Origin: Ostreococcus lucimarinus | Taxonomy: Eukaryota | NCBI GenBank assembly: GCA_000092065.1 | Contig: CP000591.1 | Strand: one strand, 5' to 3' | Length of the DNA: 64,000 nt | Shown: piece by piece, positions 59,101-64,000 of the stretch | How the letters are laid out: each line of letters starts with the position of its first letter | Numbering within the stretch: the stretch's first letter is position 1 | Translations under genes and position numbers: made by a program | The notes under the pieces: generated by a model | The model's database searches: none | Told to the model about the DNA's origin: nothing | Seen by the model: only the letters and a program-made list of their open reading frames with translations

Positions 59101-59290
59101 ACACGTCAAAAATCGCCGAGGTTCGATTACAAACGTGTCAAAAACGTGGCTTTTCTGAAACTCGATTTTTGCTAGGGTTTAGCGACTCCGGTTTTCCGGC
59201 GGAATTGCGTGCGGGCGGTTGGGGGCGGCGGCGTCGTCACTCCTCGCCGACGTGTCGGCAAAAGACAGAGAACAGTTCGCCCCCGTCGAA

Positions 59291-59959
59291 ATGAGCGACG
59301 GTGCGATGCGCCCGTGGTTTCTTCGCGACGAGGATAGGCGCAGGAGCCTCGTATACGGCGTGGGTGCGGTCGCTTTCGCCCTCTTGGGGTTGGTCGTGAC
59401 TACTGGTTCGAGGACGGAGTATAAGGTGGTTGCGTACAAGCCAAGTCTTTATGAACACGTCGGGTCGCATCAAGTCAAAGCCCACTATGACATTTACCCG
59501 GATACACATGACATTCACCAGGCAGATCACCCTTCTGAGGATCCTGCAGATCCTGAAGAGGAACTAGTTTACAAATATAATGGTAAGCATGTTTCTTCAG
59601 CAAACGAGAATCGGATTCGGGCACTGTACTCGCCATCAGGCTCGTCCTTCATAGATGTGGTCAAACGGGAAGGTGTGGACGACGCTACCATTTTCGAGAC
59701 GTGTCTGTATCCAACAGTGACAGCTGAATTCAGGACGTACTACGGCCACGATCTGACAATCGAACCAGATACGACGAGCAAGGATCTAGGGAAGCCGGTG
59801 AACCAAGTCGAAGCACACCAATTTGGTTGCGTGTGGGAGAAGTTGTTGAATAAACTAGCGGAGTCGAACTGGAAATTCGTCACGTCCGAAACGATTATGA
59901 CTGAAAAGACGTTCTATGAGATGCATATGATTACGTTCTCACGAAAAAAGACTACGTAA
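59291..59959 (+). CDS. Hypothetical single-pass membrane protein (222 aa) in a low-GC gene
   Basis: The ORF-track start at 59219 is TTG, so the ATG at 59291 (MSDGAMRPWF) was used. There is one TM helix (LVYGVGAVAFALLGLVVTT). GC drops to about 50% across the body, against about 68% in the flanks. No family was recognised. Confidence 0.4.
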   Translation: MSDGAMRPWFLRDEDRRRSLVYGVGAVAFALLGLVVTTGSRTEYKVVAYKPSLYEHVGSHQVKAHYDIYPDTHDIHQADHPSEDPADPEEELVYKYNGKHVSSANENRIRALYSPSGSSFIDVVKREGVDDATIFETCLYPTVTAEFRTYYGHDLTIEPDTTSKDLGKPVNQVEAHQFGCVWEKLLNKLAESNWKFVTSETIMTEKTFYEMHMITFSRKKTT

Positions 59960-59986
59960 AATAGTTTTGATGTTGTTTAGATTGTC

Positions 59987-60002
59987 GTATGGGCAAACAG
60001 TT
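59987..60002 (+). promoter_or_regulatory. Recurrent motif GTATGGGCAAACAGTT (copy 5 of 5)
   Basis: It lies 28 nt after the stop of the low-GC ORF and about 660 nt upstream of the RPL38 ATG. Confidence 0.4.
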
Positions 60003-60106
60003 AGACATTCTCCACAGCTTCCATTCGCGCGACCAGAGCGTTGACGCGCTCTTCGAGTTCGTCGATGCGGCGCCTTGCGGGAACCTAAACCGGATACGCG
60101 CAAACC

Positions 60107-60134
60107 CGTGGGACAAGATTCGTCTCGCCGCGGC
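60107..60134. repeat. Perfect 28-bp palindrome GATTCGTCTCGCCG|CGGCGAGACGAATC
   Basis: It is a loop-less perfect palindrome (cruciform potential) at the right edge of the low-GC island. A partial telo-box CCCTAGGGTT follows at about 60163. Confidence 0.7.
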
Positions 60135-60664
60135 GAGACGAATCGGACCGCCCGTTTCGAATTTCTAGGAACCCCCTAGGGTTGTGACGGGGCGGTCCGT
60201 GTTTCGTCGTCAGTCTCGAAGGCGGGCGCCCCTCGGCGCGCGCGCGACGCGCGCGCGCCGTCTCTTCGTGACGCACATAGACGCATCATGGTGCGTGCGA
60301 CGCGCGACGGCGACGAGGCGACGCGCGCGAAATAGACGCTCGATGCGCGCGCGCGCGATCGGGCGTCGGCGCGCGATGGACGGCGCGGACGACGCGCGGA
60401 CGACGCGCGATGGCGATGGCTCTAGGGCTTGAAGCGCGATCGCGCGTTCGGGACGCGCGCGCGCGGAGAGAGACGCGCGAAGGGCGATCGCGCGTCGCGA
60501 GCGCGAGCGGTGATATCGTCGTCGGCGGCGGTGCGGTGCGAGCGGTGATGGGGGGGTCGACGGCGCGGGGAGCGCGGGGGAGACGGGACGACGCTGGCGC
60601 ACTAGGGTCGCGCGAGTGGATGATGAAAGAGAGACGACTGACGATCGAGCGACGACTTGGCGCG

Positions 60665-60886
60665 ATGCGAAAACAGCCTAAAGAAATTAGCGAAATTAAG
60701 GACTTCTTGCACACGGCGCGCCGGAAGGATGCGCGATCGGTGAAGATCAAGAAGACGGCGGGCGTGACCAAGTTCAAGGTGCGCTGCTCCAAGTACTTGT
60801 ACACGCTCTGCGTGAAGGACTCCGATAAGGCGTCCAAGCTCAAGCAGTCGTTGCCCCCGGGACTTCAAGTGATGGAGGTCGCTTAG
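60665..60886 (+). CDS. RPL38: 60S ribosomal protein L38 (eL38)
   Basis: [73 protein letters not shown] aligns over its whole length with eL38. It sits inside the ORF-track ORF 60410..60886. The body is lower in GC than the flanks. Confidence 0.8.
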   Translation: MRKQPKEISEIKDFLHTARRKDARSVKIKKTAGVTKFKVRCSKYLYTLCVKDSDKASKLKQSLPPGLQVMEVA

Positions 60887-61053
60887 AGTTTGAAGGTCAC
60901 ACACACTAGTCGGAGTTATTAGCGCGAGAATGGAAGACGGCGCGAAGCGCCTTGTAAAGAGAGTTCGATCCGTCTCACATTTCATTTCGTTTACTCATTC
61001 GTTCGGCTATCGCTCTCACAATGCGCTAAGCGTAATTCACGACTCGGCTCGAT

Positions 61054-62227
61054 TCACGCCACGACGCTGGTGCGACGCGGAAGGTTGAACATGAAATCGA
61101 CTTCGAGCTCGCCGTCTTCCGTCAAGTCGGCGCAATGCACGGCGTTGCGCTGTTTGTCCTCCCCGAAACGCGCGCGAAGGGATTCGGGACGTAACACGCG
61201 GGCAATTTCGGGGTCTCTCGGTCCGACGATTTCTCTGATGTCGTCCACGAGCGTCTCCGGGGACCTCAAGCGCGAGAGTTGCAGCGCCACGCAAGCGCCG
61301 CAACTCAGTTCATCGATCATCATCTTCACCTCTTCCTTGTCTAAAACGTCCACGTAAACGGCGTAAAATGCCTCTGCCTCGAGGCGCGTTAGCGCTAATG
61401 TTCGAGCCTGGATTAAATCCAGTCCTTTCTTCTCGCACAGGAAATCTAAAATCGCTCCGAGATGCGCCATACCGCTGGGTTTGACCACGACGAGCGACGA
61501 ATGCTCGGTGGGTGATTTCGACGACGATCCCGTCGCCAGCTCTCCTAACGCTCGAGCGTGCTCTTCGTCCATCGATCGCACCACATCGTTCGTGTGAGCG
61601 AATAATCTGGCCAAAATTGCATTCGCCTCGCATCCAATCGCGCGTATCGCGCACGACGTCCCAGACGCGAGCGCCCTCGCGTTCCTCGGCAGCGCCGTCT
61701 CGAGCTCTTCCAACCGACTCGTCCCGAACGCCACCGTCTTCATCTCTGCGATCGTCAACCCGTTCTCCTGCATCGCGTGCACGATTCTACCGATGCGGCA
61801 CACGTTTTCACTCGACACCAAGGCGAACGATTCCTCGCGCTTCGTCTTCATCGCCGTCGCCGTGCGTTCGTCCGCGTACCCGCGCACGGTCAACCGCCTC
61901 GACCAAATCGTCACCGTCGCGCCTATGAATAGCTCGTCCAGCGCGATCGGCGTTTCCGGCGCGCATTTCCGCAAAAATGCTTTCTTTCGTTTATCCTCAA
62001 TCTGCGCCGCGTCGTCGCGTCGCCTCCGTCAGTCATCGTCGCGCTCGCGCGCTCGCCTCCCACAGAGCACCAACCATCCATCCAGACGTCGCGCTTTACT
62101 CGCGCGCTCAACGCACCAATTCCACGTCGCCATCCTCGGGGTAATAAAACAACGTAAACGCTCGCTCGAAGTCTTGCGCGGGGTCCACCCAGACCGCCTG
62201 AAATCCAAGTCTGGACTCGGTGCGCAT
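61054..62227 (-). CDS. NME7-like protein (DM10 domain + nucleoside diphosphate kinase-like domains), two exons: complement join(62117..62227,61054..62001)
   Basis: Exon 1 encodes MRTESRLGFQAVWVDPAQDFERAFTLFYYPEDGDVEL, ending at a GTGCGT donor. The 115-nt intron has a GATGACTGACGG branch motif and a GGCGCAG acceptor. Exon 2 begins IEDKRKKAFLRKCAPETPIALDELFIGATVTIWSRRLTV, completing the DM10 domain (compare human NME7 ...LLFYPGDGSVEMHDVKNHRTFLKR...LEDLFIGNKVNVFSRQLV). NDK-like domains follow (VVVKPSGMAHLGAILDFL...LALTRLEAEAFYAVY). Confidence 0.65.
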
Positions 62228-62344
62228 CGAAAGATTTAAACTCGCGAGCGTCAGAGTGGGGTGTATTTTTAGCGCGCGGCGAACGCGGTCGGTGAAATCG
62301 AACGCGGACGCGTCGCGAACGCGGATGAAGATGACGATTGATTA

Positions 62345-63673
62345 TTATTTCAAAATGGATAAAAATCGGAGGTAGGCCTCGGCGGCGCGCTTGCGCGAGG
62401 CGCGGTAGCGCACGGCGAGCAGCGCGCGAGGCGAGAGCGACGCGGCTTCGGCGGAAGCTAATAAGGCTTCGTCCTCGGCCAGTGTCGTCGGACAGGCGGA
62501 TAAGTACGAATCAACGGCCTGACGTAAGGCTTGAATGACTTCAGGGTCGGTTTCTGGGGGAGCTGGGGCGTCAGCGACGCCCGGGGGCGGACCGCGCGAG
62601 GCGACCATGAGGAGATTGGAACCCGCGAGCGCGGCGGCTTTGTCGCCGGCGTCGTCGAGGGCTTTGCATGCGTCGGCAACGCGAGATCCGTGCACACGTC
62701 GAGCGCCCGGGGCGATAAATTCCATGGGCAATCGTTCGTTACGATTTTCATCGTCGATGAAACCGTAGTGAAGCATGAGCAAGGCGTTGTTCATTCTGTC
62801 GCCGTACGAGATGAAAACCTCGGTGTTCGCCACCGGCGTCGGGCCCTCGATTGAATCTTCGTTCCACGTGAGCTCGAAGTTCTTACCATCCGCGCTGACG
62901 CCATACTTTGCCGTAGATTCCACTCTGTGATTCGCCAAATCGATCGTCGGCGCCAAGAACGCGCAATCCGCGTCGCCCAGTTTACCGCTAATCGCTCGCG
63001 TGTGCACCCACGAGCGACACCATCGGAGTTCGTCTTCGCTCGACGTCCCCAGCGCGGCTTTCACGTCCGGAAACGCCTCCATCGCGGCGTTCCAAGTCGC
63101 TTCGTACCCAGCCTTCGAGCGTTCGGCCATGACGCGTATCTCAGCGTCTTGCAACATCTCCAACTCCTCCTCGTTCGCCAAGTACCCGCAATCGAACGCC
63201 GCCGGCACCACCTCCGCGCCGTACGCCCGCCACGCCTCCGCGTTCTTCACCGCCCACGCCAGCATCGCCGCCAATCGCACGTCCTTCGCGAACGGCGCCG
63301 ATATCACGAATTCAATCAGGCACTCCGGCACGTCCACGCCGAAATGTCTTCGCCAGCCCTCCCGATACGTCTCGCGAATCGCCGTCGCCGCGCGTCCCTC
63401 CGCGCCCTCCCCGACCGCCGCCGGCGCGCACACCAGTGCGTCGATCGCGACGCTCACCAGCGCGCTTCCGGTGCCGGTGACGAACAGTCCGCGCCCGTGC
63501 GCGCCGACGTCCACGCGCGCGTGTCGCAGCGTCGACGCCGGGTCGAACGTCGTCGTCCCGCGCGCGTCCGCGTCCGCGACGGCGCGGCGCGTCGACGCGC
63601 GTCGCGCGCGCGTCGATCGCGCGCGAGAGGGGCGCGCGAGGCGCGCGTCGACGCGAGCGGCGGTCGCGGGCAT
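62345..63673 (-). CDS. SET-domain lysine methyltransferase of the Rubisco-LSMT/SETD3 type with an N-terminal presequence
   Basis: The SET core (RGLFVTG, FAPTIDLANH, ELTWN, EVFISYG) is followed by an LSMT-type substrate-binding C-terminal helical domain. The ATG at 63673 was verified. Confidence 0.7.
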   Translation of the reverse strand: MPATAARVDARLARPSRARSTRARRASTRRAVADADARGTTTFDPASTLRHARVDVGAHGRGLFVTGTGSALVSVAIDALVCAPAAVGEGAEGRAATAIRETYREGWRRHFGVDVPECLIEFVISAPFAKDVRLAAMLAWAVKNAEAWRAYGAEVVPAAFDCGYLANEEELEMLQDAEIRVMAERSKAGYEATWNAAMEAFPDVKAALGTSSEDELRWCRSWVHTRAISGKLGDADCAFLAPTIDLANHRVESTAKYGVSADGKNFELTWNEDSIEGPTPVANTEVFISYGDRMNNALLMLHYGFIDDENRNERLPMEFIAPGARRVHGSRVADACKALDDAGDKAAALAGSNLLMVASRGPPPGVADAPAPPETDPEVIQALRQAVDSYLSACPTTLAEDEALLASAEAASLSPRALLAVRYRASRKRAAEAYLRFLSILK

Positions 63674-64000
63674 CGTCGCGACGCGCGCGCGCGAGTGGGG
63701 GCGCGACGCGCCGGGCGCGACGGTGGGCCCTTGAAAACACCCGGAAATTGTGTCGGCGACGAGCGCGGCGTCGGCGTCGAGCGCGGCGTCGGATTCGCGC
63801 GGTTCGGTGCGATCGAGTTCGGTGGATCACGCGGTGGATTAAAACAAGATTACACGGAGAGTCACGCGATGGGGGTGCGCGGGCGAGGGGCGACGGCGGG
63901 AATGACGAAGGCGTGCGACGCGCGCTCGAGAGCGGCGACGAGGAAAGCGTCGGGGGCGGCGGCGGACGCGCGCGCGACGGCGGCGGGGCGACGCGCGCGG

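Noticed and set aside
59101-59130. tRNA-like fragments (GGTTCGATT at about 59120, GGTTCGAAAC at about 44731)
   Set aside because: There is no acceptor stem, anticodon arm or full T-arm (GGTTCGANTCC) context, and the second sits inside an RPL29 intron. I do not consider them tRNAs. No rRNA or tRNA gene was found in the window.
59570-59600. Possible 18-nt micro-intron GGTAAGCATGTTTCTTCAG inside the low-GC ORF
   Set aside because: The ORF reads through it in frame, and it is far shorter than the 52-115 nt introns seen elsewhere in the window. It is most likely coding.

Overview
This 64 kb window is eukaryotic nuclear DNA, not prokaryotic. It is very GC-rich (about 65-70%) with CGC/GCG-biased codons, extremely gene-dense (about 42 protein-coding genes, roughly one per 1.5 kb) and mostly intronless, with a few short spliceosomal introns. 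Marker genes include a divergent histone H3/H4 pair, cytosolic ribosomal proteins (RPS19, RPL29, RPL38), Sec24, the proteasome subunit Rpn13, the debranching enzyme DBR1, a MED12-like Mediator subunit, a WRKY factor and an NME7-like (DM10 + nucleoside diphosphate kinase) protein. Many nuclear genes encode plastid-type proteins, such as the starch enzyme DPE2, the Der/EngA GTPase, a PAA/HMA copper ATPase, a PHT4-like transporter, a Toc64-like amidase with TPR repeats, an LPA1-like TPR protein, an octotricopeptide-repeat (OPR) protein, serine acetyltransferase, organellar bL25 and a Rubisco-LSMT-like SET-domain protein. I infer, but cannot prove, a green-lineage picoeukaryote of the Mamiellophyceae, Micromonas-like, based on high GC, Arabidopsis-type TTTAGGG telo-boxes, a CTGAC branch motif, OPR repeats and the flagellar NME7. 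I found no rRNA, tRNA, CRISPR or clear transposon. The ORF track uses GTG/TTG starts and many long R/A-rich ORFs are artefacts of GC-rich sequence. I therefore re-derived starts to the first plausible ATG and built spliced models by hand, with coordinates approximate to about 2 nt. The notable observations are: a missed two-exon selenoprotein-W-like gene with an in-frame UGA and a SECIS-like 3' element; a single-ORF fusion of OPR repeats to an FAD monooxygenase; a 16-nt motif recurring five times upstream of plus-strand genes; conserved 3' stem-loops on both histone genes; and two intron classes with an extended branch-point motif. Also notable are a low-GC island with telo-boxes flanked by palindromes; a perfect 91-bp tandem duplication spanning two convergent gene ends; and a cluster of minisatellites.
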